DNA of 64,000 bases from Candidatus Thalassarchaeaceae archaeon (GCA_943841885.1 CALSZZ010000002.1:28262-92261), one strand, 5' to 3'. Numbered from the stretch's first letter, positions 8,838-19,174 are shown. Notes: generated by a model not told the origin, from the letters alone. Numbers and translations are program-made.

Positions 8838-9944
8838 TTAGTTATTATTAACCTCTGTACTAACTTTTTTTTTACTCCATTCAGAACGATAAATAGAGAT
8901 TAATACGATTACTAGTCCAACCACTGCTCCTTCAGAACCTAAACTTCCGATGACTAAAATTATGAACATCAATGCAAGATACCAAAGAGATACGTAAAAA
9001 GATCTTGAGGCAATTGACATTCTCCCTCTTTCATCAATTTTCTCATGTACGTCAATCTTCCATACAGTCGTCGCATACCAAATACTCAATATCGTAGTAT
9101 TGACGCTAATAAGATAATTAGTTGAGGACCATTCATCAAATCTTATCCATTTATCAGTTGGCGTATAATTAAGAAATGCAATTAAGGATAATAAAATAAG
9201 CAAAATTGAATATATCTTCATTTCTGTTAATGTTCTAGCCTTACCTTTGACGTTGGGCATCATCGGAACTCCAACTTTTTCATATTCTTTAGAACGATAT
9301 AATGCAAGGGCCCAGAAGTGAGGTGGAGTCCATAGAAAGATTAGAATGAACATAAACCATGGCATAAGAGGAAAAGATCCTAAAAAATCATGAGGCCCTA
9401 AATAAATTATTGATTCTAGGAATGATTTGATTGACGATGTTTCAATCACAAGATTTTTTTCAGCAGCTGCCCATCCAATTAGAGGAGGAGTTGACCCAGC
9501 AATACCTCCTACAACTATATTTTGCGGAGTCTTCCTTTTTAGAAACATGCTGTATATTAAGACATAAAAAAGTATACTAAAAACTGCCCAAAAAGTAGCA
9601 ACATAGTTCGTAAATAAAGAGAACCAGATTGTCCCTCCAATTGACATCAAAATACCAAATACCAATGCAGAATTTGCCTCTATCTCTCCCGTAGAGAGAG
9701 GCCTATTGGAAGTTCTAGTCATGATTGGATCAATATCTCTATCATACCACATATTAATTGTATTCGCTCCTCCTGCAGTTAAATAACCTCCAATCATTAC
9801 TATCGACATTATTTTTAGGGTCTCCATGGAGACTCCCGATTCGCCAATTAAGTCATGAGAAAGTACCGAACAGAGAGCAGTAATCTGTAATAGTATCACA
9901 ACTCTGGGTTTGGTCAGTGAAAAATATGAATTTAGTGTTCCCAT
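8838..9944 (-). CDS. ctaB: Protoheme IX farnesyltransferase (heme O synthase, UbiA family) with extra C-terminal TM segments
   Basis: YFSLTKPRVV, GGANTINMWYDRDIDPIMTRTSNRPL and WTPPHFWALAL are the classic CyoE/CtaB motifs. It lies adjacent to the heme A synthase gene. Confidence 0.85.
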   Translation of the reverse strand: MGTLNSYFSLTKPRVVILLQITALCSVLSHDLIGESGVSMETLKIMSIVMIGGYLTAGGANTINMWYDRDIDPIMTRTSNRPLSTGEIEANSALVFGILMSIGGTIWFSLFTNYVATFWAVFSILFYVLIYSMFLKRKTPQNIVVGGIAGSTPPLIGWAAAEKNLVIETSSIKSFLESIIYLGPHDFLGSFPLMPWFMFILIFLWTPPHFWALALYRSKEYEKVGVPMMPNVKGKARTLTEMKIYSILLILLSLIAFLNYTPTDKWIRFDEWSSTNYLISVNTTILSIWYATTVWKIDVHEKIDERGRMSIASRSFYVSLWYLALMFIILVIGSLGSEGAVVGLVIVLISIYRSEWSKKKVSTEVNNN

Positions 9945-9981
9945 AGGGATATCTCCTGTATGGCCCTTTAACTACTCACGT

Positions 9982-11043
9982 TTAATCTTCGAGTATCAAT
10001 TGTTCCTTTTCAATATCTTGTAGTACAATTGAAATTCCCATACAAGTAGTTGCTAATATAATAAAAGAGGTTGAAGCCAATAAAAGATGTATCAATGATA
10101 ATATTTCTAAATAACCATCAATAGTCCAAGATAAAACATATAAGCCACCTAATGCTATATTTAACAAATATATTGAAGTAGCCGTGAAAACCCATTTTAC
10201 TAGTAGACCCATCCTCTCTTGTTTTTCTATGTTTTTCCACATAATCCAACAAACTCCAATCATTAATATCCCAACTAATGCAACTAACCATCTATGAATA
10301 ATTTGAGATTTGGCTACTATTTCTTCTATTGTTACATTTGATATCAATTCTCCTTGACACAATGGCCAAGATTGATAGAAACCATCAATTCCACATCCAT
10401 AATTTGCTCCCGGAGATGTAGAAACTAAAGTCCCAGAAAATAAAGTCAATAGCATAAGTCCTGTCATAATCAATAATTTATTTTTCCATTTCTGGGATAA
10501 TTTAGGATTGAATGAAATCCAATCTGTCTCTTTTTTCCTAGAGATTAATGCCCATATCCATATCAAAGTTAACATAAACGCCAATGCAGATCCTAAGTGT
10601 AAAATTACGCTCCAATGTTCATTATCCATTTTCACTGTTAGCATCCCTACTGCACCTTGCCAAATAATTAGTAGAACTGATAATCTAGTTGCATTGGCCA
10701 TATTTTTATCATATCTTTCATCACGACTTAAAATAAACCAATTTAGAATAACCAATGGTGCTAATATTACGCCTGCTAAAAATCTGTGAATCCATTCAGT
10801 AAATATTTCAAAAGTAGTGTATCTATGACTAGATCCTCGTGAGTCTATTTCATCGGGATTTTCTTCCCACCAATCTCCTTGCTCTTCTTCAGAAATATCA
10901 AACCCAAAAGTTCCAAAACATAGAGGCCAGTCAGGACAAGATTCTCCAGCGTCATAAATTCGTATAGTGCCTCCAAGAGTAATTACTAATATCGTAGTTA
11001 TTACAATGACTACAATTAAACGGTCTTGGAGTAATTTTTTCAT
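9982..11043 (-). CDS. ctaA: Heme A synthase (COX15/CtaA family)
   Basis: Polytopic membrane protein with CPDWPLC near the N-terminus, a second Cys pair (YGCGIDGFYQSWPLCQG) and conserved His residues (WIHRF, IIHRW). The ATG at 11043 is preferred over the GTG at 11049. Confidence 0.8.
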   Translation of the reverse strand: MKKLLQDRLIVVIVITTILVITLGGTIRIYDAGESCPDWPLCFGTFGFDISEEEQGDWWEENPDEIDSRGSSHRYTTFEIFTEWIHRFLAGVILAPLVILNWFILSRDERYDKNMANATRLSVLLIIWQGAVGMLTVKMDNEHWSVILHLGSALAFMLTLIWIWALISRKKETDWISFNPKLSQKWKNKLLIMTGLMLLTLFSGTLVSTSPGANYGCGIDGFYQSWPLCQGELISNVTIEEIVAKSQIIHRWLVALVGILMIGVCWIMWKNIEKQERMGLLVKWVFTATSIYLLNIALGGLYVLSWTIDGYLEILSLIHLLLASTSFIILATTCMGISIVLQDIEKEQLILED

Positions 11044-11081
11044 TATCACAGAGGTTCACCCCAATTATGGGCCTCGCAAAT

Positions 11082-11339
11082 CTAATCATCAAGATGTGGG
11101 TCTACATCTATTGGAATTCTTTCCTGATCGTACTCTAAAGTTGCAATTTTCATCGGATCCAAGACAACTCTTTCTTTTGCATCACTTACTCCATAAAGTT
11201 GAACTAGCTCATCACTAAAATTTTCTCTTAATTCATCTTCAGTTACATAAAGAGGAGCTCCCATGCTAATTTGAAGTGCTCTAGCACCAATTATTCTTGC
11301 TTTTTCAAAGCGAGTATGCGGACTTTTTGGCTTAACCAT
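11082..11339 (-). CDS. rpoK: DNA-directed RNA polymerase subunit K (Rpo6)
   Basis: [21 protein letters not shown] is the RpoK/Rpb6 signature. The ATG at 11339 (MVKPKS...) is preferred over the TTG at 11354. Confidence 0.85.
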   Translation of the reverse strand: MVKPKSPHTRFEKARIIGARALQISMGAPLYVTEDELRENFSDELVQLYGVSDAKERVVLDPMKIATLEYDQERIPIDVDPHLDD

Positions 11340-11413
11340 ATCAACGCCCACCAATGACTCCCAAATAAGGTCTATGACTCGAATCTCACTTAAAAAATAT
11401 TTTTAATTAAAAA

Positions 11414-12571
11414 TTAGGACTCTATTAACATAGCAACGGCATTACCTCCTCCAAGGCAAATTGTTACTATTCCATACCTGCCCGAGGTTCTATTTAACGC
11501 ATTTACTAAAGTCATCAAACATCTTGTCCCTGTGGCTCCCAAAGGATGACCAATAGCAACCGCACCTCCATGTAAATTAAATTTATCATCAGATATTTTC
11601 AAAGCCTTCTGGATAGAACAAGAAGCAGAAGCAAATGCTTCATTATGCTCAATTATATCAATATCATCAATTTCTAATTTATTTCTATTCAAGAGCATCT
11701 CAACTGCAGTAATTGGAGCAGACATCACTCTACTGGGTTCTAATCCTGATGTACAATAATCAATTATCTTTGCTAAAATAGGTAAATCATACTTCTTTAC
11801 TGCATAATCCGATGCAATTAGTACGGCAGATGCTCCATCTGATAGTTGACTAGCATTTCCTGCAGTTACCTGGCCATTCTCATGGAATATACTTCTCAAC
11901 TTGCCCATTTTATCTAAATCGGTATCTACACGAATTCCCTCATCCTTTAATATTCCATCTATCTCAAATGATTCTTTATTTAACCATCCCTTTTCCCACC
12001 CCTCATTGGCAAGACGATGAGATCTTACTGCATACTTGTCGGACTGCTCTCTAGATATGTCGAATTCTTTTGCAACTGTCTCTCCAGTTTCTCCCATCAT
12101 CTCTCCTGAGAATGCATCCCTTAAACCATCATGCGACAATATTCCTTCTAAATCTGAAAAGTTTATTTTTTCACCTTTAACTGGATTTTTTATAAAATAT
12201 GGGGCATTACTCATAGACTCCATTCCTCCTGCAATGATCAAGTTTGCAACTTTTGCTCGAATGTCAGATGCCCCAATCATTACAGCTTTCAAACTTGAAC
12301 CACAGACTTTGTTTATTGTTGTACATGGGGTTTGATATGACATCCCAGCACCCAATGCGACTTGTCTACAAGGGGCTTGCCCAGTCCCTGCTTGTAATAC
12401 GTGCCCCATGTATATTTGATTAACAGAATTATCATTTGGATTTATTTTTGCCCTTTCCAATAATTCTTTTACTGCCATTACTCCTAATTCAGTTGCACTA
12501 TATTTCGAAAGCGAACCTCTAAATTTGCCTACGGGAGTTCTTGCATATGCACATATGTTGACTGCTTCCAT
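11414..12571 (-). CDS. Acetyl-CoA C-acetyltransferase (thiolase II)
   Basis: N-terminal ICAYARTPVGKFRGSL, active-site Cys context INKVCGSSLKA, and C-terminal NLHGGAVAIGHPLGATG ... CLGGGNAVAM. Confidence 0.9.
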   Translation of the reverse strand: MEAVNICAYARTPVGKFRGSLSKYSATELGVMAVKELLERAKINPNDNSVNQIYMGHVLQAGTGQAPCRQVALGAGMSYQTPCTTINKVCGSSLKAVMIGASDIRAKVANLIIAGGMESMSNAPYFIKNPVKGEKINFSDLEGILSHDGLRDAFSGEMMGETGETVAKEFDISREQSDKYAVRSHRLANEGWEKGWLNKESFEIDGILKDEGIRVDTDLDKMGKLRSIFHENGQVTAGNASQLSDGASAVLIASDYAVKKYDLPILAKIIDYCTSGLEPSRVMSAPITAVEMLLNRNKLEIDDIDIIEHNEAFASASCSIQKALKISDDKFNLHGGAVAIGHPLGATGTRCLMTLVNALNRTSGRYGIVTICLGGGNAVAMLIES

Positions 12572-12627
12572 GCATCATCCAAAAGAGAACTAGACTTCAA
12601 TTATACGATAATTATTATGTATTGTGT

Positions 12628-13692
12628 CTAATCTGAACTATATCCATAAAATTCTGCGTTTTTTAGATAAGGCCTATTTTGAGGTTTAATCAGTATTGTT
12701 CGAACAGCCCATAAATCTTTGAAAATACGATATCGACTCGTCGCATCTAGATAATCAACTCCACTAGTTCCTCCGGTCCCTATTCTTCTGCCCATTATCC
12801 TCTCTACCATACGTGCATGAGAATGTCTCCATTTAACTATGGATTCCTCCAATTCAACAAACCCATCAATTAATTTTCTAGGCCAAGTTAATAAGGGTAA
12901 TTCGCGATATGATTCGATAAACAAAAGACCTGCTCTAGATCGACTAATTATTCCTTCTGGAATTAAAAATTCTCTTGCACTATTGTTACTAAAATTCAAC
13001 CTATCAGAAATTTTTTTATTAGAAATAGAATCTCCATACAGATTTTCTCCATGTGTCTTATGCGCCTCCAAATGATCTTCTATATATTTGTTAACTACAT
13101 TGTCATCCTCCTCATTACCGAATTTAGAACCCATTATTGGTGTTCTTCCTATCCAATTCATTAATGATTCTACTAATGATTTTTGTTCCTTTACCGTCTT
13201 TAATTTATTATAAATTTGTAAAGATTCTATATTATTTTCTGCAGCCTTTTTGAATCCTTCTAAAGGATCCATACCCCCTAGCCTATCTTCATTCTCCAGT
13301 CCAAGTAAAATTTCGAACTCTCGCATCTGATATGATTCAAAACCAGAAGCAGTTCCTAAACCATCTCTAAATGCAAGAAATCCTTGAGGAGTTAGAGTTT
13401 CTAATACACTCCACTGATTGGCCATTAGCCTAAAAATTTCTGTAGTTCTGGTAAGGTGATCTACAGCCCTAGGAATTTCATTCTCAGGAACCATTTCTTG
13501 ATTTAGTATATTACGAACTTCACTCAATTCTCTAATAATTTGTTTAAACCATAATTCAAACGTTTGATGAACTATTATAAAATGCATTTCATCATTTGAT
13601 ATTCCTCTATCTTCTCCTTGTAGGGCCAGTAACTTGGATAGTTGCAAATATTCTCCATATGTCCAATTCCCCGACTCTCCCCCGTCACTCAT
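12628..13692 (-). CDS. kynA: Tryptophan 2,3-dioxygenase
   Basis: TYGEYLQLSKLLALQ, DEMHFIIVHQTFELWFKQ, HRLMVERIMG-like WRHSHARMVERIMGRRIGTGGTSGVDYL. These are the bacterial-type TDO hallmark segments. Confidence 0.85.
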   Translation of the reverse strand: MSDGGESGNWTYGEYLQLSKLLALQGEDRGISNDEMHFIIVHQTFELWFKQIIRELSEVRNILNQEMVPENEIPRAVDHLTRTTEIFRLMANQWSVLETLTPQGFLAFRDGLGTASGFESYQMREFEILLGLENEDRLGGMDPLEGFKKAAENNIESLQIYNKLKTVKEQKSLVESLMNWIGRTPIMGSKFGNEEDDNVVNKYIEDHLEAHKTHGENLYGDSISNKKISDRLNFSNNSAREFLIPEGIISRSRAGLLFIESYRELPLLTWPRKLIDGFVELEESIVKWRHSHARMVERIMGRRIGTGGTSGVDYLDATSRYRIFKDLWAVRTILIKPQNRPYLKNAEFYGYSSD

Positions 13693-13759
13693 ATATCTCC
13701 GATATCAACTTCATTTGAAGTATTACCTCTTATTAGAAAATTCTAAAGTTATTAATATC

Positions 13760-14365
13760 ATGGCCCTTATTATGCCAAGAGTGTCCGAAGAAAGGATAAA
13801 ATCATTCAAATTTGAACTTCCATATCCTTTTCTGATGGTTGAAGAAGGTTTAGAATTAATTCAACTAAATTTTGATGATAATGAGGAATTATTTAATTTA
13901 ATTGAGATAAATCGTATTTATTTAAGAGAAAGACTCCCATGGCTAGATGACATTAAAACAATTTTAAATCAACAAAAATTTATTATAACATCTCTTGATG
14001 AATACCACCGAGGTAAAGGTATAAGTTATTCAATCAAATTAGATGATAAAATAATTGGTAACATCGGCCTAAATTGGATCGATTATAATAATAGATCATG
14101 CGGAATAGGTTATTGGATATCTGAAAACCATATGGGTAATGGAATTATAACAAAATCTTGTAAAAGGCTAATAAATCATTGCTTCAATGATTTAGAATTG
14201 CATCGTGTCGTATTAGAGGCGGCTGTTGACAATTTTTCAAGTATATCAGTTGCAAATCGTTTAGGAATGAGATTGGAAGGATCGAATATTGATAGAGAGT
14301 GGCTATATGATCATTTTGTAGACAGTAATATTTATGCAATTACTAGTAATGAATTCAGTTATTAG
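13760..14365 (+). CDS. GNAT family N-acetyltransferase (RimJ/RimL-like)
   Basis: LRERLPWL, IGNIGLNWIDYNNRSCGIGYWISENHMGNGIITKS and LELHRVVLEAAVDNFSSISVANRLGMRLEG are typical of RimL-type acetyltransferases. The track start at 13634 overlaps the TDO gene, so the ATG at 13760 is used. Confidence 0.75.
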   Translation: MALIMPRVSEERIKSFKFELPYPFLMVEEGLELIQLNFDDNEELFNLIEINRIYLRERLPWLDDIKTILNQQKFIITSLDEYHRGKGISYSIKLDDKIIGNIGLNWIDYNNRSCGIGYWISENHMGNGIITKSCKRLINHCFNDLELHRVVLEAAVDNFSSISVANRLGMRLEGSNIDREWLYDHFVDSNIYAITSNEFSY

Positions 14366-16500
14366 ACTAATATTCCATAATTTTCTAGAGTACAACCTCC
14401 TGGAGGGAGGCAAGATAAAACATCATCTTGGGAAAGACCTGTTGCCTTTGAAATTTTATTCGCAACATTTTCTTTTTTACCTTTGCTTGGTATTATTTTA
14501 CCCCACCTTGGGAAAATTTTTGATATTGTATCTGGAGTCCCCAATACAGGTAGAGGGACTCCATTGATCAAGCCGATACCAATGGCCACTTCAAGTGAAA
14601 TATCTTTATGCCAATTTCTTTTACCTCTAACTACAAAACCCCCTCTTCCCAATGATTCTCCACTTTCTGTTGTCTTGGAGACTTGACTAGGTCTTGTATA
14701 AAATGCAGTTGCTGCAGCACCTCCACTCCCCCATGCCCTTGACCAACAAACTGCAATCTGTGCAGCTTCCTGATGTATTTCTCCAGAAAATTCTCTAGCA
14801 TCATCTATTTCTTTGTTTAAATTTTGAGTTATTTTCAATGAAATAACTCCTTCAGGAATTTTCTCATTAATACTTTTGATAACTTCTAGTCCATCATTAA
14901 GTTTCAATGAGCATGATGGCGCCCCATGTAAATCCGCGTGAAAATACAAATCTGTAGAATTAAGATGCTTTTTAACAATCGTATCATTTCCCTTAGCATC
15001 GTTTCCTCCAATGAATAGACTACCATTGCTCAACATCGCCCATCGATATTTTTCAAACCAGAATTTTTTACTACGTTTGGAGGTTTTTAGTTTTCCGGCA
15101 GCAGTATTCTTCGCTACTTTCTTGTCCTCTTTTATTTTGCTTATTTCTGTATTCTCTAATGCTATTTTTGCACCACTAGCCTTATTTTTTTGAGTATGTG
15201 CTTCTTCAAAATATCTTTGGGCATTTTGATGTACGGTTTTTGCTACTTCAAGTGTAATGGTAGCTCCAGGTTCTCCTTCTTCATCGGGCAGATATATTAC
15301 AATGGTACCCTTTGAAGGACTTATTTTATCAATCCATGGGATTTCTGCTACTTTCTTTTCAATAGACTGCCAATTATCTTTTATTATGGCCTGATTAAAT
15401 TGTTCTAAAATATCATTTACATGACCCCAATTTTCTTGAATTGATTTACCTAATTCTTGATTTATTGCAGCTCTTTGTAAAAATTTTTCAATAGCAAGTT
15501 TTTGTTGCTGGGACCTTCTTACTAATTTTGCCTTTTTCTCTCCATCATCCTTACCTGATTGAATTAATTTTTCTTCTTCTCGACGGATATAGGCAGCTGC
15601 ATCATGCATTCCATAAATTATGTCAAAACCAGAAGAAAGAGAATCAATCTTTGTTGATAATTGAGGATTAAGACTAGGAATATTTATTGGTGCAATTTCT
15701 TGTATCTGAGATGCCATATCCTCTCTTTCTTCAATATCATTATTTGAATTCCATTTGTCTAAAGACTCGATATTTTTCATCCAAACTTTAATAATATTTT
15801 TCTCATCAAGTTCTTTAACCATATTTTTTATTGTTTTCTCGAGTAAATCTACTTGCTCCGTTGATAAAGTATTGGAACCTTCATTTTCATTTATTTTTGC
15901 ATTTGAACATGCAATACTGCCATATAATGATCCAAAATTTGCACGTACTGCTAGAGTTCTAATTAGGTCATGTTCACTGTTATCTAGAAGACTTTCTAGA
16001 TCTTTACGTTTCATACTTCGAGGATTGAAAGATTCAGGAGGAGGCTTATATTCAAGTCCCTTTTTTAATGATCTCGTGGAATATTTAGCATGAGTAAGTG
16101 GTTGAATAATTATTCCTTCACTATCAATTAGTAAAATATTCCCATCTCTGAATAATTCTATGATTATCTTAATTTTTCCCCTGGTCCTTTCAAAAACAAG
16201 TTCCACTATACGATCGAAACCATATTGATTAACATCAACTAATCTAGCATTATTCAGATGTTTTCTAATCACCATGGCAAACTGCGAAGGTTTAGATGGC
16301 ATTGGCCTATCTCTCTGAGAAGTATACAACCTCTTACCTCTAACAATAACCAAATCAGTTGATGGCAAACCTTTCCTATTTAATTTCAAAACAACTTGTT
16401 CATAATGTGGTTGATATGCTTTCCTCATTCTAGAACCTATCATCTCAGAAAGCTCATTGACAATACATGAAACATCAAATGATGATAACTTATCACGCAT
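14362..16500 (-). CDS. NFACT-family protein (archaeal RqcH/NEMF/FbpA homologue, ribosome quality control-like)
   Basis: The N-terminal NFACT-N-like segment (LSSFDVSCIVNELSEMIGSRMRKAYQP...) is followed by a long coiled-coil middle region. A DUF814/NFACT-R-like segment (WFEKYRWAMLSNGSLFIGGNDAKGNDTIVKKH...DLYFHADLHGAPSCSLK) follows. Confidence 0.75.
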   Translation of the reverse strand: MRDKLSSFDVSCIVNELSEMIGSRMRKAYQPHYEQVVLKLNRKGLPSTDLVIVRGKRLYTSQRDRPMPSKPSQFAMVIRKHLNNARLVDVNQYGFDRIVELVFERTRGKIKIIIELFRDGNILLIDSEGIIIQPLTHAKYSTRSLKKGLEYKPPPESFNPRSMKRKDLESLLDNSEHDLIRTLAVRANFGSLYGSIACSNAKINENEGSNTLSTEQVDLLEKTIKNMVKELDEKNIIKVWMKNIESLDKWNSNNDIEEREDMASQIQEIAPINIPSLNPQLSTKIDSLSSGFDIIYGMHDAAAYIRREEEKLIQSGKDDGEKKAKLVRRSQQQKLAIEKFLQRAAINQELGKSIQENWGHVNDILEQFNQAIIKDNWQSIEKKVAEIPWIDKISPSKGTIVIYLPDEEGEPGATITLEVAKTVHQNAQRYFEEAHTQKNKASGAKIALENTEISKIKEDKKVAKNTAAGKLKTSKRSKKFWFEKYRWAMLSNGSLFIGGNDAKGNDTIVKKHLNSTDLYFHADLHGAPSCSLKLNDGLEVIKSINEKIPEGVISLKITQNLNKEIDDAREFSGEIHQEAAQIAVCWSRAWGSGGAAATAFYTRPSQVSKTTESGESLGRGGFVVRGKRNWHKDISLEVAIGIGLINGVPLPVLGTPDTISKIFPRWGKIIPSKGKKENVANKISKATGLSQDDVLSCLPPGGCTLENYGILV

Positions 16501-16557
16501 GCCTATCGTACTATCCTACAATGTTATCATTCATCATCTAATCGATTACTTCTTAAT

Positions 16558-17424
16558 TTATGATAATGTATTATGAAATGTTTCAATTTCCTTCAAAACT
16601 TCAGATTCATGAGCATATTGATTACTCGGGATATGTATTAATTGACAGTTAGGTAGACATTTGCTAATTTTTACTACACCATCTAGTGAATGTAATTTAT
16701 CAGATTTAGCAGATAAAATAGTAGACGAAATCGAATTGTCTGGAAATTGTAAATTCATTTTATAATCTATGTTATATTTTGCAGAAAGCATCATTCTTAG
16801 TAAATCTTGAGCTTTAAACATCCTCCTGTACCTTATTTTCTGTCCTTCTTCTTTTATACGTTTTTCGAGTGCAAATAAAACTATTTTCCGCAAAACCGGA
16901 TAGGTGAATTTAGGAACAGGAAACCTAAGAAAAAGATTTGCCCAGAGTGGCGGTTTGAAATCAATGTTAGGGCCTATTAGAACTGCAGACCTTCCTCCTA
17001 TGGATTGTTTCTGAAAGGCATCTAATAATATGGTTGCACCTAATGATGATGCAAACCAATCTATATTAGTCATTTCTAATCCAAAATGATCTATTATTCT
17101 CCTCAAATCCATTGAATGTTCTTCCATTTGAAAATCTTTTTTGGAAATTTTTCTATTTATTATTGCACTTTTCTTTTCTCTAGTTTCAATGTAGATTATT
17201 GACCTTCTAGTGGCCCATTCAGTTATTAATGGCCTCCAGCCTTCAAAAACAGAACCCCATCCTGGTATAATTATTAACTGATTTCCATTTTGAGAAGAAT
17301 AATCTGCTGGTGTCCATTTAAGAACTCTTAATTTTACTCCTCTTCCAACATCTACGAACTCTTCTTCGCATTTACAATCAGGTAATTGAGGGATAAGAGT
17401 CCATTCATCTTCCATATGTCTCAC
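16558..17424 (-). CDS. Alpha/beta-fold hydrolase
   Basis: LIIIPGWGS (oxyanion region) and a nucleophile-elbow-like WFASSLGATI, with a C-terminal His context (SNQYAHESE). The start at 17424 is GTG; an ATG at 17415 is an alternative. Confidence 0.55.
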   Translation of the reverse strand: MRHMEDEWTLIPQLPDCKCEEEFVDVGRGVKLRVLKWTPADYSSQNGNQLIIIPGWGSVFEGWRPLITEWATRRSIIYIETREKKSAIINRKISKKDFQMEEHSMDLRRIIDHFGLEMTNIDWFASSLGATILLDAFQKQSIGGRSAVLIGPNIDFKPPLWANLFLRFPVPKFTYPVLRKIVLFALEKRIKEEGQKIRYRRMFKAQDLLRMMLSAKYNIDYKMNLQFPDNSISSTILSAKSDKLHSLDGVVKISKCLPNCQLIHIPSNQYAHESEVLKEIETFHNTLS

Positions 17425-17429
17425 TTCGA

Positions 17430-18989
17430 TTAGTTCAGATAATATTGATTTCCTATTTTTTTAATTATTTTATCTTTAATCAATAGAGAAATATGTGACA
17501 AAACTTGATCATTTGCAAGTAAAAAATTTGCATTGGGACTATCGGAGTAAACAAATTTAGTAATTTCATTTAAATGTGAGATATTATTCCTAATTGCACC
17601 TATAATTTTCTCATTCCTATTTTTTCGGTGTCTAATGTATCTATCAAGTAATTTTTTGGGATTTGCAATTAGTGGTCCATGGCCTGGGAATAGCATTTTT
17701 GGTTGCATATTCCTTAATCTTTCTAGTCCAGTGATATATGATTTCATATCTCCTTCTTTTGATGATACTAAAATAGTTCCAACTCCTACACAATTATCTC
17801 CACTAACTATTCCTGAATCTCCACAAATACAAATATGCCCTGGACAATGCCCCGGAGTCTCAATAATCGACCAATCACTAATGCCACTTGGGCCTTTCAA
17901 TTTGAACAAATCTCCTTCAATTAATAACTTAAAATTATCCAATATATTATACTCTTCTATAGTTTCTTTAGATGCCCATATTGGTGCTTTATAGACCTTT
18001 GATATTTCATCCATATCCCCAATATGATCTGGATGTTTATGTGTAAATATAGTTGCTATAATATTAGATCCAGAATCTATTATTTCGTTAATTTTTTCTT
18101 TAAATAAAATCATTTGTTCATCTTTGGCGGCTGGATCAATAATCACCCTTTCTCCGCCCTCTTCTCCGAGTATGTAGCAATTAGTATGCGTAGATGGAGG
18201 TAATGTATGAGTTCTAATGGGAAAACACTCAATTAGTGGGCCGAACTCAATTCTATGATATCCAGAGGGTCTTTTTTGAGCAAGTAAATCGCAACCATCA
18301 TTCAAACTTCCTGTCTTATTAATACTCATAACCACATCTTTCAATAAAGTTACAATAGGAGGGGGAATTCTAACCTCGTTATTTTCCCAAGAGCTCAAAA
18401 GTTCTTGAGGTTTCCACCATTTGAATTCATCAAATTCTGATCTCCCTGGAGGGAATGTGGGGGTCACATTATTTTCAGATATCGCTACATGGAAAAATCT
18501 ATTCTTAAATCTAATGGGTCCAAAAGGAGGAGTCTCTCTCTCTGAAATTACCTTAGCATTAAAAGAATCAATTATTATATTTCCATTCTCAAATTCTTTT
18601 AACCAATTGTTCTTATCGATACATACTGTATTTCTAATCTCTTCACTTATTGAAATCATATTTCCACCCTCATCAGGGGTAAAGCCTATTTCTTCTACCA
18701 ACTCCCTTAGAAGGGCTATTGATGCAATGCGATCAATTCCTTTTTCTGATAGAAATTCTGGATAAAGATTTCCTAATTTCTTATCTACTTTACTTATTCC
18801 TCCTCCTGGAAATGTCCAAAAATCAGGAAAAGAAGGCATCTCTGATACTCTGTGGCCTAGTAATATTTCATCATAGCCATCTTTTATTCTGCTTATCACA
18901 GCGGAAGCAGATAAATGTGGTTCAGTAACATCTGTCTTGGGGATTTCAAACCCCGCTGGTACTTCTCCCATGCCTTGTCGTAGTGACAC
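17430..18989 (-). CDS. Fusion protein: N-terminal NUDIX hydrolase domain plus C-terminal metallo-beta-lactamase-fold hydrolase
   Basis: Nudix box: PGGGISKVD...ALLRELVEEIGF. MBL motif: THKHPDHIGD, with later TPGHCPGH and a GDN segment. The track start is GTG; an in-frame stop lies just upstream. Confidence 0.8.
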   Translation of the reverse strand: MSLRQGMGEVPAGFEIPKTDVTEPHLSASAVISRIKDGYDEILLGHRVSEMPSFPDFWTFPGGGISKVDKKLGNLYPEFLSEKGIDRIASIALLRELVEEIGFTPDEGGNMISISEEIRNTVCIDKNNWLKEFENGNIIIDSFNAKVISERETPPFGPIRFKNRFFHVAISENNVTPTFPPGRSEFDEFKWWKPQELLSSWENNEVRIPPPIVTLLKDVVMSINKTGSLNDGCDLLAQKRPSGYHRIEFGPLIECFPIRTHTLPPSTHTNCYILGEEGGERVIIDPAAKDEQMILFKEKINEIIDSGSNIIATIFTHKHPDHIGDMDEISKVYKAPIWASKETIEEYNILDNFKLLIEGDLFKLKGPSGISDWSIIETPGHCPGHICICGDSGIVSGDNCVGVGTILVSSKEGDMKSYITGLERLRNMQPKMLFPGHGPLIANPKKLLDRYIRHRKNRNEKIIGAIRNNISHLNEITKFVYSDSPNANFLLANDQVLSHISLLIKDKIIKKIGNQYYLN

Positions 18990-19174
18990 TTCATTTCAAA
19001 CCCATCACAATAATGATTGAATAACCCTCTCCCTTTTCGCAGTTCATGAGAGAGTCGTGTACTCCAACCTCCCTCTTTAGTTCTGGGGGTAATTTTTTTG
19101 AAATCACCTGAAACTATAGAGGAAGAATTAGCCATCATTTCTGAAGCAATAGAAGCAGGAATAGATCCTTTCAC
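18896..19174 (-). CDS. Hypothetical 92-aa ORF overlapping the 5' end of the Nudix-MBL gene by 94 nt; possibly a frameshifted N-terminal extension
   Basis: This is the only ORF covering a gap of about 360 bp that would otherwise be unusually long for this dense window. I recognise no motif. Confidence 0.25.
   Translation of the reverse strand: MKGSIPASIASEMMANSSSIVSGDFKKITPRTKEGGWSTRLSHELRKGRGLFNHYCDGFEMKCHYDKAWEKYQRGLKSPRQMLLNHIYLLPL

Noticed and set aside
13634-13759. N-terminal extensions of track ORFs: 13634 for the GNAT gene, 50893 for the LigB gene, 33109 for the giant gene, 41349 for csp and 23030 for the small membrane protein
   Set aside because: The extensions overlap neighbouring genes or encode implausible sequence. 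Internal ATG codons coincide with the start of recognisable domains, a signal peptide or a Shine-Dalgarno-like GGAGG/GAGGT.
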